This document shows positions 35,465 to 48,695 of a DNA stretch of 64,000 nucleotides, in pieces; position 1 is the stretch's first letter; each line of letters begins with the position of its first letter. The translations under genes were made by a program, and so were the position numbers. A model generated the notes under the pieces. That model searched no databases and was not told where the DNA came from. It was given only the letters and a program-made list of their open reading frames with translations. This DNA comes from Somniosus microcephalus (Eukaryota), in the NCBI GenBank assembly GCA_052327205.1, contig CM126215.1, forward strand, positions 111,910,001 through 111,974,000, given 5' to 3'.

Positions 35465-36800
35465 AGGCAGACAGCAATTATGCCCCCTTGTTCTGGATTC
35501 CCCCATCAGAGGAAATAGTTTCTCTGTATCTATCCAATCAAATCTCTTTATCATTTTGAAGACCTTGTTTAGATCACCACCCAACCTTCTAAACTCAAGG
35601 TAATACAAGCCAGGTTTATGAAACATGTCTTCATAATTTAACCCTTTAAGCCCTGGTATAACTTTGGTGAATCTGCAGTGTACCCACTCCAAGGCCAATA
35701 CATCCTTCCTGAGGTTTGGTGCCCAGAACTGGATGCAGTACTCCAGATGGGGTCTGACCAAGGCTCTGTATAACTGAAGCACCACTTCCTCACTTTTGCA
35801 TTCCAGCCCCCTTGGAATAAAGGCCAACACTCCATTAACCTTTTTGATTACTTGTTGTACCTGTGCACTAGCTTTTAGTGATTTGTGTACATGGACAGCC
35901 AAATCCCTTTGCTCCTCCATAGCTCCTAGATTCTCACCATTAATAAAATATTCCTTGTCTTCTTCGAATCCAGTGTGGCTGACCTCACACTTTCCCCACG
36001 TTTAACTTCATCTGCCATAGTTTTGTCCATTCACTTAGTCTGTATTTGTTCGATTTTAACTTCCTGCTCCCATCTACACAACTTGCTGTGCCTTCTAGCT
36101 CAGTTTCATGTATAAACTTGGATATACAACTCTTCATCTAAGTCATATGTATATATAAATATATGTGGTGAAAAGCTGAGGCCCCAGTACAGATCCCTGA
36201 GGAACGCCACTTGTCACATCCTCCCAATCAGAGAATATTACCTTTATCCCTATTCTCTGCCTCCTACCTCCCAACCAATCGTCACAGGGTTAACTCTAAT
36301 TCTGTGTGCTTTCGTTTTTGTTAATAATCTCTTGTGCAGATTGTCATAAGAAAACTACTAGGCACTTGGTCTAAGTATTAAACAAGGCTTTAATCAACTG
36401 TTTTTCAACATGGCGATCTAGTTGTGTCCTTCACTAGTTCCTGTTAAAGAATGTCCTGAGCAAGCTGGGCCCATGCCTGAGTATTTATACTCTCCCTGGA
36501 CAGCGCCACCAGCAGGCCGCCCAGTGTCATTTCATAAGTCATTTCCACATGAACGACAAGATTCATGTCACAGATCGTTATCAAATGCCTTCTGGAAGTC
36601 CATATAGACAACATCCATAGACATTCCCCTATCCACCATGTTAGTGACCTCCTCAAAAAATTCAACTAGATTATTCAGACCTGACCTACCCGTCACAAAT
36701 CCATGCTATCTTTGATCTGCTCATATCTGTCTAACTGCTCAGTCACTCTGTCCCTGATGATAGATTCCAGTAACTTGCCCACAACATGATGTTAAACTTA
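35465..36800 (-). mobile_element. CR1 LINE ORF2 fragment split by a solo LTR
   Basis: LQLYRALVRPHLEYCIQFWAP..LEFRRLGGDL; upstream RT motifs are degenerate. Confidence 0.85.
36342..36570 (-). mobile_element. Solo LTR (229 bp)
   Basis: TGTCA...TGTCA termini (TG..CA), perfect 5-bp TSD CAGAT; homologous to 11529-11755. Confidence 0.88.
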
Positions 36801-37089
36801 CCAGGTACATGGGAACATAGGACTAAAGAAGACCAAGGTCCATCGAGTTCACCTTCTACCATCCTGGTAGTCGCACGATACAATGATAATGGAGTTGTCG
36901 ACTAATCGCATCAATCAATCTCTATCAATTAGCTTACAACAGACCCAGGAATGACACGAGGAAAACGCCACATTGAGCTTTGAGAACCACAGGTCCAAAG
37001 TCAGCTTTTTCCTCCCAATCATGTTACACTTACCACATGTCATGTCTCAAATTACTCATAGACTGTATCCCAAAATATTTTTATTTTAT

Positions 37090-37410
37090 TTGTTTATGGG
37101 ATGTGGATGTCGCTGGCAAGGCCAGCATTTATTGCCCATCCCTAATTGCCCTTGAGAAGGTGGTGGTGAGCCCCCTTCTTGAACCGCTGCAGTCCGTGTG
37201 GTGAAGGTACTCCCACAGTGCTGTTCGGGAGGGAGTTCCAGGATTTTGACCCAGCGACGATGAAGGAACGGGGATATACTTCCAAGTCAGGATGGTGTGT
37301 GACTTGGAGGGGAACTTGGAGGTGATGGTGTTCCCGTGCGCCTGCTGCCCTTGTCCTCCCTTCTAGGTGGAAGAGGTAGCGGGTTTGGGAGGTGCTGCCG
37401 AAGAAGCCTT
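37090..37410 (-). mobile_element. RTEX-like LINE 3' end
   Basis: Reverse complement of 6455-6775. Confidence 0.65.
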
Positions 37411-38104
37411 ATTTCCTGAAAGAAATCTATCTCATTTGCATTTGAATGAATGAAATAGGTAGTTAGCTGATTTCTCCCTTCTCTCTCTCTTAAATAATGG
37501 AGTGACATTTGCAATTCTGCTATCCAAAGACACAATTACTGAATCTAGAGAGCTGTGTCAAATTATGACTATGGCATCTGCAATTTCCTCACTTATTTCT
37601 TTTTAATACTCTGGGGTGGAAACCATCACATTCTGTGCAAGTTTGATTTTGTTTTTGAGACTTTGGGGGGAGGGGCCAATCCTCATAGTGCAGGAGTCCA
37701 CCAGTTCACAAGACAAGGCCATGTAGGAGTGGTTAATGAAGCCAAGTTATTTTTTAAATATCTAAAAAAAAAAATTAAACTTGCTCTCGATTCCTTCTGC
37801 AGAAGCTGGCTCCTGTTAAGTAAATAATAATGAGGGGAGTTTTCTGTTAAGTCCATGGGTCTGTTGTCCATTCCCCCAACCGTCACCATTGTGAATTTTA
37901 ATCTGTTAACAGTTCATCCATCTGCTCGAGTCTCATCAACCAGATACTATACTCTAAGCTCATTAATTAGAAACCCTGAACAGTCCAGCTATAAATCCAA
38001 AAACTGCATTTCTTCCAAAAATGTTGCTCAAGTGTATACTCATGGGATACAATGACTTGCCAATACACATTTCAACTATGTTACAGTACTAGGATCGGCA
38101 TCTT

Positions 38105-38655
38105 TATAAAGCGCTGGTTAGGCCACAACTGGAGTATTGTGTCCAGTTCTGGTCACCACACTTTAGGAAGGATGTGAAGGCCCTTGAGAGGGTGCAGAGG
38201 AGATTTACCAGAATGGTTCCAGGGATGGGGGATCTTAGCTGCAAGGACAGGTTGGAGAAGCTGGATTTGTTTTCATTAGAGCAAAGGAGGTTGAGGGGTG
38301 ATTTGATAGAGGTGTACAGGATTATGACGGGTTTGGATAGGCTAGACAGGCAAAGGCTGTTCCCACTAGTTGATGGTACAAGGACTATAGGTTTAAGGTT
38401 TTGGGCAAGAGATACAGGGGGGATGTGAGGAAAAACTTTTTTACGCAGCGAGTGGTGAGGACCTGGAACTCGCTGCCGACGGAAGTGGTGGAAGCAGAGA
38501 CACTCAATGTTTTCAAGGGGAGACTGAGGGAAATAAACTTGCAGGGCTACGGGGATAGAGCGGGGGAATGGGACTGACTGGATTGCTCTGCAGAAAGCCA
38601 GCACGGACTCGATAGGCCGAATGGCCTCCTTCTGTGCTGTTATGACTCTATGACT
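38105..38655 (+). mobile_element. CR1 LINE 3' fragment
   Basis: ALERVQRRFTRMVPGM..LEQRRLRGDLIEVY; 3' hairpin GGCCGAATGGCC and tail. Confidence 0.88.
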
Positions 38656-39147
38656 TAAGATCAAGAGGCTCGCACATCCCCACTCACATGTATGAGCGCC
38701 AACTGGAGATGGATGATATATTAGAGTACAACAGCATCTCTTTAGACCAGATAAGGTGGGTCTAGGTGAGGTTGGTTTTGTTTTTCAAAAATAACTTTAA
38801 TTCTCTCCTCAGGTGAGATTCTCAAACAGAATTGGGTTCAGCCGTGATGGCCTGGAATAGCCTGCCAATGCTCATCGTCTGGGCTTACCCATGAAGGATG
38901 GCCGTTTGTGTGAGGTAGGATTGGCTAACTCCGTGCAGACCAGGAAACCAAACTTGGTACCTTGCTGGTATTTTTCAAGCGCTACTCACTGTGGCAACCC
39001 ACTGAGCCATCATTCTGATTGAGGTTAAATAACAACTGCATTATGCAAAAGAGATTGGTCAATTCCACCCCCATGATATATAATTGGGAATGATTAGTGA
39101 TGCCATGCAGTCACTTCCGGTTCTGGGAACACAGATGATGTCACTAC

Positions 39148-39251
39148 TAAATAACAACAGAAAATGCTGGAAAAACTCAGCAAGCCAGGGCAGCATCCAT
39201 GGAGAGAGAAACAGAGTTAATGTTTCAGGGCGATGACCTTTCGTCAGAACT
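39148..39251 (-). mobile_element. Penelope-like fragment with hammerhead core
   Basis: Minus strand AGTTCTGACGAAAGGTCATCGCCCTGAAACATTAACT. Confidence 0.6.
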
Positions 39252-39679
39252 AGGCCAGGTGGCTCTGATGATGTCACTTCCGGGCCAACACCACTGATGA
39301 TGTCACTTCCGGGACAGCCCCTCTGATGATGCCACTTTCTCCCACAAAGTTCAAACTCGCAGGACCTCAATACCTTGCTGCTGCTTTTAAGGATCCATGG
39401 GCTCTTTCTGCATTGCAGACAGAATGCTGGCTGACTGGTGTCCAATGACACCTACTTCCCTGAGTTGTCTGTGCAGCTGTACGCGAGAGGGCAAACACAG
39501 CCTATATAATTTTGCTTCCCTCCAATTAATGTTAATTCAGCCCCCTGACTCTATTAAAAGAAAAAAAAGACTTGCATTTATATAGTGCCTTTCACGACCA
39601 CCGGACGTCCCAAAGCGCTTTACAGCCAATGAAGTACTTTTTGAAGTGTAGTCACTGTTGTAATATAGGAAACGCGGCA

Positions 39680-41455
39680 GTCATAGAATCATAGAATGGT
39701 TACAGCACAGAAGGAGGCCATTCGGCCCGTCGAACCCGTGCCAACTCTCTGCAAGAGCACTTCAGCTAGTCCCACTCCCCCGCCCTTTCCCTGTAGCCCT
39801 GCAATTTTTTTCCCTTCAGGTACTTATCCAACTCCCTTTTGAAAGCCATGATTGAGTCTACCTCCACCACCTTTTCAGGCAGTGCATTCCAGATCCTAAC
39901 CACTCGCTGCGTAAAAAAGTTTTTCCTCATGTCGCCTTTGGTTCTTTTGCCAATCACCTTAAATCTGTGTCCTCTGGTTCTCGACCCGCCAATGGGAACA
40001 GTTTCTCTCTATCTACTCTGTCTAGACCACTCATGATTATGAATACCTCTATCAAATCTCCTCTCAGCCTTCCCTGCTCCAAGGAGAACAACCCCAACTT
40101 CTCCAGACTATCCACGTAACTAAAGTCCCTCATCCCTGGTATCATTCTTTTAAATCTTTTCTGCACCCTCTCTAAGGCCTTGACATCTTTCCTAAAGTGC
40201 GGTGCCCAGAATTGGACACAATACCCCAGTTGAGGCAGAACCAGTGTTTTAGAAAGGTTCATCATAACTTCCTTGCTTTTGTACTCTATGCCTCTATTTA
40301 TGAAGCCCAGGTTCCTGTATGCTTTTTTAACTGCTTTCTCAACCTGCCCTGCCACCTTCACCGATTTGTGCACATATACCCCCAGGTCTCTCTGTTCATG
40401 CACCCCCTTTAGGATTGTACCCTTTAGTTTATATTGCTTCTCCTCATTCTTCCTACCAAAATGTATCACTTCACACTTTTCTGCGTTAAATTTCATCTGC
40501 CACGTGTCTGCCCATTTCACCAGTCTGTCTATGTCGTCTTGAAGTCTATCACTAACCACCTCACTGTCAGTGTCAGCTGTGGCTGGGTTGGTAGCACTCT
40601 CGCCTCTGAGTCAGAAGGTTGTGGGTTTGAGTCCCACTCCAGGGACTTGACCACATAAAGCTAGGCTGACAATCCAGTGCGGTGCTGAGGGAGTGCTGTA
40701 CTGTCGGAGGTGCCATCTTTCAGGTGAGATGTTAAACCGAGACTCCGTCTGCTCTCTCAGGTGGACGTAAAAAGATCCCATGGCACTATTTCGAAGAAGA
40801 GCAGGGGAGTTATCCCTGGTATCTTGGCCAATACCTATCCCTCAACCAACATAACAAAAATAGATTATTTGGTCATTATCACATTTCTGTTTGTGGGAGC
40901 TTGCGCTATATAAATGCAAGACTTTCTATACTTCCAAGTTTTGTGTCATCTGCAAATTTTGAAATTATGCCCTGTTCTCGCAGTCATTAACATATATATC
41001 AAGAAAAGCAGTGGTCCTAGTACCGACCCCTGGGGAACTCCACTGTATACCTTCCTCCAGTCCAAAAAACAACCGTTCACCACTACTCTCTGTTTCCTGT
41101 CACTTAGCCAATTTCATATCCATGCTGCCACTCTCCCTTTTATTCCATGGGCTTCAACTTTGCTGGCAAGCCTATTATGTGGCACTTTAACAAACACCTT
41201 TTGAAAGTCCATGTACATCACGTCAACAGCATTACCCTCATCAACCCTCTCTGTTACCTCATCAAAAAACTCGATCAAGTTGGTTAAACACGATTTGCCT
41301 TTAACAAATCCATGCTGGCTTTCCTTAATTAATCCACACTTGTCCAAGCGACTGTTAACTTTGTCCCTGATTATCGTTTCCAAAAGCTTCCCCACTACCG
41401 AGGTTAAACTGACTGGCCTGTAGTTGCTGGGTTTATCATTACACCCTTTTTTTCC
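39680..41455 (-). mobile_element. CR1 LINE ORF2 fragment interrupted by a DeuSINE (40572-40928, +)
   Basis: NYRPVSLTSVVGK..QHGFVKGKSCLTNL..DFQK; WQMKFNAEKCEVIHFG..VQFWAPHF; 3' tail at 39680. Confidence 0.9.
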
Positions 41456-43012
41456 CATTTTGCGCACAGCAAGCTCCCACAAACAGCAATGTGATAATGA
41501 CCAGATAAACTGTTTTAGTGATGTTGGTTGAGGGATAAATATTGGCCAGGACAGCGGGGATAACTCCCCTGCTCTTCTTCGAAATAGTGCCATAGGATCT
41601 TTTACGCCCACCTGAGAGAGCAGACGGGGCCTCGGTTTAACATCTCATCCGAAAGACGGGCTCAAAAAACTCCACCGAGCCAGCTTCTCATCATTCGCGA
41701 TTCAAACACCCCCCCGTTTGAAGCCTGTGGATCCTGAAAACTACACCCTCAGTGCACTTCCTGTAGGTGATCAACTATTGACTCTTTCTCCCAACTGCCC
41801 TACACACCCTACTGGCATAGCAACACGTTTCTAAGCTTGCAAAGAGTAACCGATACAACAGCTGTAATCCACTGAGATTACCTTACCCAAGGCAGTGAAA
41901 GAGAACCTCTGTGCCATAAAATGTAGTTAAGAGACGATTTGACAAACTGTTTATAAAAACTTTAAAAAAACAAAGACCTCAAATGCAATGAGGGTAGGGG
42001 CTTCTTTCTCCTCCCATCCTCTTCCAACACTCTCACCCTTTCCCCTTCCATAGGAAAAAGCATACCCTGCTGTCCTTGTGCTCAGAAACTGCGGAAACTA
42101 TTTCTAATTGACATAATTTTCATGAACTGAACCATAAAGAACAAATAAGTGATACTTATGAATTATTTGCCAAGTGTATCTATAATTAATCGCCTTTTTT
42201 TTCTCTCTCTTCTGCACAGCCAAGGCACACTCTGCCGTTTAATTTAAAAAATGCCTTTATCAGCAGATGATAATGGATGGCACACTTTCTCTGCATGACT
42301 AGTACTTCACTTTCCTCCCGAGTACCCCCACTGCAGGTTGTAAGCTCACTCCAAAACGTGTGGAGTGCTCTTGGTCAGGAGAATGTCTACCTCAAGGCTG
42401 TAATGCCTCTAATATTTATAATAACGGGGGGGGGGAATATATATAGATAAAAGAAGGAAGATTTTAAAAATATGTTTAACATTTTTAAAAAACTGGTCTG
42501 GGCAAAACTAGTAGATGGCTGAGAAAGAGGAGTGGATGGAAAGATACTGGCACCAGTCATACATCTCCCCCAGGGATAGCACAGTAAAAGTCTCTGCTTA
42601 GCAATGGGTCCAGGGAATGAACTTGATAACTGTAAAGTGAAAATCCATTTAGATCTTGTTTAGTTGTCTATTTACAAACACACACACACACAAACAGTTC
42701 TGTCGCTGGTTTCTACCATAATCCATTTTGGTGGCTAGATCTTGCCTTCAAAGCCATAGGGCTGGATTTCGATACTGGGGCGGGCTGGGGTCGTGTAATC
42801 CGCATTTCGCGTTAGCCACCCAATTCTAAATCAAAGTGGGAAAATGATGCCATTTTAACTTAATTGGCCAATTGAGTTCCAACGTTTGGGAACCCGTGGC
42901 CAATGAGTTTTTCCAGACTGAAAGTCGCATCCGATGACGTCATCATTGCTGCTGCATTTAAGGTCTGCAACAAGCCTTGCTTCTTCTGCGGACTGCCAAG
43001 CTTTTCCCTTGC

Positions 43013-44956
43013 ATGTTAGAGGCACCTGCAGGAAGAATGGCCAACTAGGTCTGCACCCCACTTTGATGATGTTGCCCTGCAGGCTTTAGTAGAGGGAGCA
43101 AGAGCAAATAAAAGGGTGCTCTTCCCTTCTTCAGGGAGGAAGAAGCCTCCCCAGCAAACCAAGGCTGTGTGGATCCAGATGGCAGAGGAGGTCAACTCTT
43201 TGTCGATAACCCGCAGAACCTGGCTTCAGTGCAGGAAGAGGTTTCATGACCTTCTGCGCACTGGAAAAGTGAGTATGGATTTCCCATCACCCTCAATCTG
43301 ATCCCCATTGACTCTCCTCACCAGCACTCAGCTTTAGCAATCTCTTCCTAATCTCATTCACCTAACTATTCGACTCTGCAGCCCTCACACTCCCTATCAC
43401 TGTGATGCAATTACAACTTACAACACACAGGGAGGGTCCTTGGTCTTGCCACCTCACTCCATCTTTGTCTCCTTCTAAGCATCTATGCTATGGATTCTCT
43501 ACACTCACTACTTTATTCTCACTCAAACTCCACTTCTCTCCCTCATTGCAGGAAAAGAGAGCCCACAATAAGAGAGAAAGAGTGAGGACAGGAGGAGGGC
43601 CACCCTCAGTAGCCCAGCTCACCACCTGGGAGGAGGCAGTCCTGGAGATCATGAGAGTGGAGGAAGATTCCCAAGTGGGGGACGGACAGATGGGTGCATC
43701 ACAGCAAGCTGGTGACAGAATAGTTTTCCATCTCTCTCAATGACATTGCATGAGTCGCTGATAATGATTCTGCAGCTCTAATAGATGGACTTATGATCAT
43801 CTGCAATATGCAATGTGCATGTAACCTTGGCCTCACATCTCTGACTCTTTCCTTTACTCCCCCACAGGACCATCGCAAGCACCCGTCCCCACTATCCAGG
43901 AGGAAGAGCATGAGCCTCAAGACTTCTCAGAGGAAGCTGCAACCTCTGAGGGAGCAGCATCAGCAGAATTCACCGCACCCAGCACCAGCACAGACACTCA
44001 CACCTCGGAGGGAACATTGCGAGATAGAGTAGTGTTGTCACCTGGTGTATCACAGCTCACAAGTGAGCATCAGCAGATTGTGGAGACAGGGACAGCAGTG
44101 GAGAGTCCTAGTCGGAGGGCGCAGGACTCTCTCAGCTCGGCTCAGCTGCATGTCGACCCTCTGCCTCTGGGTCCATCCATAAGATTAGCGGTGCTGGAAC
44201 TCCAGGAACAGATGCAGGAGTCTCTGGCAGGTTTTGTCTCCAGGGTCGCTGTGAGTGTGGAGCGAATGGAGGAGTCCATTGCGAACATGAGTAGAGCCTT
44301 TGTGGAGTCATTGCCGCATGAACGCATCACCATGGAAAGGATGGCAACCTCCGTGCAAATGATGGCAACCTCCGTCGAAAGGATGGCTACAGTAGACGAG
44401 AGGATGGCTGCGGCCATGGAGGAGACAAGGCGCCAGAGTGCAGAAAACATGGTGAGTGTTCAGAATAGAATGACATCTCTGGAGGAGCGATGGTCATCTA
44501 TTGAACACAGAAACCAGACCTTCATGGAAGCCCTTCTGAGTAGGACTTTCAGTGCAGATATGGGTCCCTATGGCCCCCCTGATGTGCAGCAAGGTGCTCT
44601 CAATCCACTTGCAAGCGCTGAGGTGGACCTGACCCATGAGAGGGATGTTGTTTGCAGAGAACAAGGAAGTGGGGGCTCCTCTCCAAGCGCTCACACTTCC
44701 ATGCCACTGACAAGTCCTCGGTCAGAGCCCCACCAGAGTCCGCACCCAACTGAAATCAGCGTCTCAACCCCTGCACAACCGCTGGAGCAGCAGACTGTTA
44801 GCGAGCCCTCACAGGTTTACAACCCCAGAGGACGCCCGCCAAAGGTGTCGAGACAGGAGCAGTAAAAAAAGTGAGCAGGGGGCCTCCACATCGGCTGAAG
44901 CCACAGGGGAAGCACCACATAAGAGCACGCGTAAGAGAAAGATAGTGCAAAAATAG
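43013..44956 (+). pseudogene. Harbinger Myb/SANT-like DNA-binding protein, 3 exons (~43013-43268, 43552-43711, 43868-44956)
   Basis: RSAPHFDDVALQALVEG..WIQMAEEVN..RRTWLQCRKRFHDL; GT-AG introns join in frame to EKRAHNKRERVRTGGGPP and a coiled-coil exon; basic tail STRKRK; lesions near the start and at 44863. Confidence 0.8.
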
Positions 44957-45213
44957 TCACAAGGGTAGTCACTTGGGTGAAATTTAATGTTTTATGTTAA
45001 AAAGCCATCAAATGATTACTGTAAATAAAAAATCTGATGGCTACTGCTGTAGTTGTGGCGTGTGTCATTTCGCGAATGGGACTTCCACATTGAGGGCTTA
45101 GGATTACTTGCAATTGTCAGTATGGTGGTCAAATTGCTTGGAATCCGATGGTTCTTGGCCATTGTTGATGCTCAGGTAAGAAGCTGCGAGGCAAAAGTGC
45201 TTGATTGGCTAGG

Positions 45214-46426
45214 CTAAGCAAATCTGGCCAGGATGAGTGCGTTCCTTGCATCCCGGGTAGCAATGTTCTCGCGTACTGCTGCCGCTGGTTGATGGGCCTC
45301 TGCAAGATGTTCGTTTTCGCTCTCCTCTGAGGAGGATATGTGATGAGCCACTTGGTCCTCAGGAATCTGCAAGCCACGACGCTGTGCCATGTTGTGAAGT
45401 GCACAGAAAACCACGACGATTCTGGAGACCCTGGCTGCTGAGTACTGCAGGGCTCCACCTGATCTATCCAGGCATCTGAAGCACATCTTCAGCAAACCGA
45501 TGGTTTGCTCGATTATGGCTCTGGTGGACATGTGGCTGGAGTTGTAGCTCTCCTCAGCTTCGTTGGATGGGCTCCTCAATGGCATCATTAGCCACGTCCT
45601 CAGGGGATAGCCCTTGTCTCCAGGTAGCCAAGTGGCGGACTGAATAGCGGAGGCACACTAGACTGGCGCAGTATGAAGGAGTCATGGCAACTGCCAGGGT
45701 ACTTGGCACAAACATGCAAAATGTCCTTCTTGTGGTCACACACTAGCTGAACGTTAAGGGAGTGGAAGCCCTTGCGGTTGACAAAAATACCTGGATTGCG
45801 ATGGGGTGCCTTAAGGGCCACATGTGTGCAGTCAACGATGCCCTGCACCCTTGGAAAGCCTGCCAGATGAGCTAATCCAACCGCACACGCCGTGACACTT
45901 GCTTGATCCTTAGTGAAATGGATGTGATTGTGCGCGATGGCAAAGAGGGCATCAGTTACCTGCGTGATGTAAGTGTGTGCGGCCGCCTGTGAGATGCTGC
46001 TGATGTCTGCTGCTGATCCCTGGAATGAGCCTGAGGTAAAAAAGTTGAGTGCAGTGGTGACTTTTACGGCCAATGGTAAGGGTTGTCCACCTGGTCCTCT
46101 GGGCTCCAGATCTTGTTGCAACATTGCGCAGATGTCAACCACTACCTCTCGCGAAAGTCAGAGCCGCATTTGGCACTGCTGCTCAGACATGTTGAGGTAG
46201 CTGACCCTGTGTCTGTAGACCCTGTTTGGGAGTATCTCCTGCACCGACGGGCTTCCATACGCTGGCCCCTTCTGGCCTGTGCAGCTTCAGGTGGGTGAGC
46301 AGCAGCTTGGCGCTCCTGTTGTTGCTGCTGCTGTTGGTGCTGCTGTTGTTCATGGTTCTGCTGGTGCCGCGGCTGGTCTTCGTCCTCATCTAATGTCCAG
46401 AAGGGAAGGAAATAAATGGCTCCCAT
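45214..46426 (-). pseudogene. HARBI1-like DDE transposase (frameshifted)
   Basis: [43 protein letters not shown] (frameshifted), [21 protein letters not shown]; N-terminal poly-Q. Confidence 0.9.
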
Positions 46427-46987
46427 GCTTCTGGTATATGCGTCAGTTGAGGAAGCGCTCAGTCGAGGTGGCGAGAGGGATTTCCCAGGAGGTCACACTG
46501 GAGATGGGTGTCAGGCTCCAAACTTCCACAGCTGTGGTTATGCCTTCTAAAAGTTCCCCCAGACCTGAGACAAAAAATCCTGCCACCTGCAAATGATGGC
46601 TGATCAAATCTCCTATTTAATGGTTGAGCTGCAGCTGATAGTCAGTAATCAAATTATGCTACCGCCAGGTTTATCTGTCGTGTTTCAGAACAGGTGTGCT
46701 TCATGTGGGAAAAGGGTTAAAATCACAAAGGCCTATCAAAATGGCATTATAGAGGCAATTTAGTGCTTGTCAAGGGCCTTAACAGCCTATCCCGCCTCTT
46801 GGAGGTGGGATGGAGACGGGACCATTAGACACGATTTAATGAAAATTGCTTGGAGGCGGGATGGAGGTGGGGTTGGGCCCGCACGCCAGTTTTTGCAATT
46901 TTAACCCCCCACCGCCTCCAATCCCGCCTCAACGGCCCGATGAAAATCGAATCCATAGAAGGGTCGACTAACACAGCACTTACACTC

Positions 46988-47362
46988 ACAACAACAACTT
47001 ACATTTATATAGTGCCTTTAACATAGCAAAACGTTCACAGGGGCATTACCAAACAAAATTTGACATCGAGCCACATACGGAGACATTAGGACAGGGCTTG
47101 ATCAAAGAGGTAGGTTTTAAGGAGCATCTTAAAGGAGGAGAGAGAGGTAGAGAGGCGTAGAGGTATAGGGAGGGAATTCCAAAGCAGTTAAAGGCACGGC
47201 CGCCAATGGTGGAGCGATGAAAATCGGGGATGTGCAAGTGGCCTGAATTGGGGAGGTGCAGAGATCTCGGAGGGTTGTAGGGCTGGAGGTTACAAAGATA
47301 GGGAGGGGGCGAGGCCACGGAGTGAATTGAAAACAAGGATGAGAAATTTAAACGCGAGGCAT
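46988..47362 (-). mobile_element. L2 LINE 3' end
   Basis: Reverse match to 6780-7068 and 29771-30180. Confidence 0.75.
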
Positions 47363-47753
47363 TTTAAAACGCAAATTTTAAAAATCGCAGAACATTCTCG
47401 CAATGGTGCACTGCACCCAAACAGACATTTCTTTCACTCATACAAGTCTCCAAAGTGTCATAATTTTCCATTATTTGTCTCTCTTTCCCGATGTTAAACA
47501 GCTCTGCTTTGCAAGCAAACAGTTTTTGGGAAAAAATAAGATCTTTTCCCTTGCCTATGCGGCCTGTAATCATGCTGAACCCTGCAGCATTTTGCCTCTT
47601 GTTTACCAATGCTAGAGTCACCTCGGGGGACAAGGGTCAGAGTAAATTCTAGCCCACAGATAGGAAATGGCCTTCCTAACCAGATGATGCGTTTGTTACT
47701 TGGTGTGAAAGTAAGAACGCAGCATGGACCTGTCAAATTTCATTTATCTGGCA

Positions 47754-48695
47754 CTAGCTGGGGGTGCCCGGCGTTGCCAGGGCTTTTTTGGGCTGCGCGG
47801 TTTACGGCTGGGCGCTGCCGCTCCTGCGCTCTGTGTCACTCTTTGCCTCCCTGACCCTCTCTCTGTCCGTCCCCCTCTCTCTCCCTGCCCCTCTCTCTCC
47901 CTGCCCCCTCTCTGTCTCCCCCCTCTCTCTCCCTGCCCATGTATGTCCCCTCTCTCTCTCTCTCCCACTCTCTACCTCTCCCCCTCTCATCTCCCTCCCT
48001 CCCCCTCTTTTGGCACCCGGGGAAGGGCTTTGAAAATTGAGGCAGGCCGCGGTGGTCATGCGGGGCCTAGCGGTTGAGGCCCGGCTGGGCTCTAGGGCTG
48101 AGATGGACCCCAGCTGATTACCCGGTGCGCCCGGCCGCCGCGCCGCAGGTAGCGCGGTTTATGGACGGCCGCTGACGCTCCCCCGCCCGCTCTGTGTCTC
48201 GGGCCGAGCGGTTGTGAGGCCCGGCCTGAGTGACTCCAACTCACCTCCCGCTCCCGGAGCCGCAATGTGGGGGCTTGTTTGGCTGGTGCTGTCGCTGTGG
48301 GGATGAAAAAAATGGCGGCGAAGTTTCAGGAGGCTGCAGGATTAGGCCCGCCCACAGACGGCTGATTGGTCAACCAGCAGGTCACTGAAATGTAGGATTG
48401 GTCAACCATCACGTCACTCAACGCTAATGAGCGGTAGGATTGGTCAACCGCTAATGAGCGGATTTTTGAGGATTTTTGAACGTTTTTTGTATAGTGTCTG
48501 AACAATTTTTGTCTGACCAAAAAGTAAATATGCCTATTAGACTCCCCTAATGATAAGCTTTCTTTTGATATAACATGCGTGTAGGTACGCTCTATAACTT
48601 TTGATTGTATAGCCGGACAGACAGACAGACAGACAGAAAGACAGACAGACAAACAGACAGAAAGACAGATGGACCAACCGTTTTATATATATAGA
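47754..48695 (-). mobile_element. Non-autonomous Helitron (942 bp)
   Basis: Minus strand A|TCTATATATATAAAA...(CTGT)n...CCCTGGCAACGCCGGG hairpin...CTAG|T; inserted between A and T, no TSD. Confidence 0.8.

Larger units (their letters stand above)
42759..46954. mobile_element. PIF/Harbinger DNA transposon with autonomous architecture (decayed)
   Basis: Degenerate TIRs GGGCTGGATTTC / AAAATCGAATCC, 3-bp TSD ATA; convergent Myb/SANT and DDE transposase genes. Confidence 0.88.

Noticed and set aside
45214-46426. Domesticated host HARBI1 gene
   Set aside because: It has frameshifts and a stop, and lies between TIRs with a Myb partner; it is a transposon copy.
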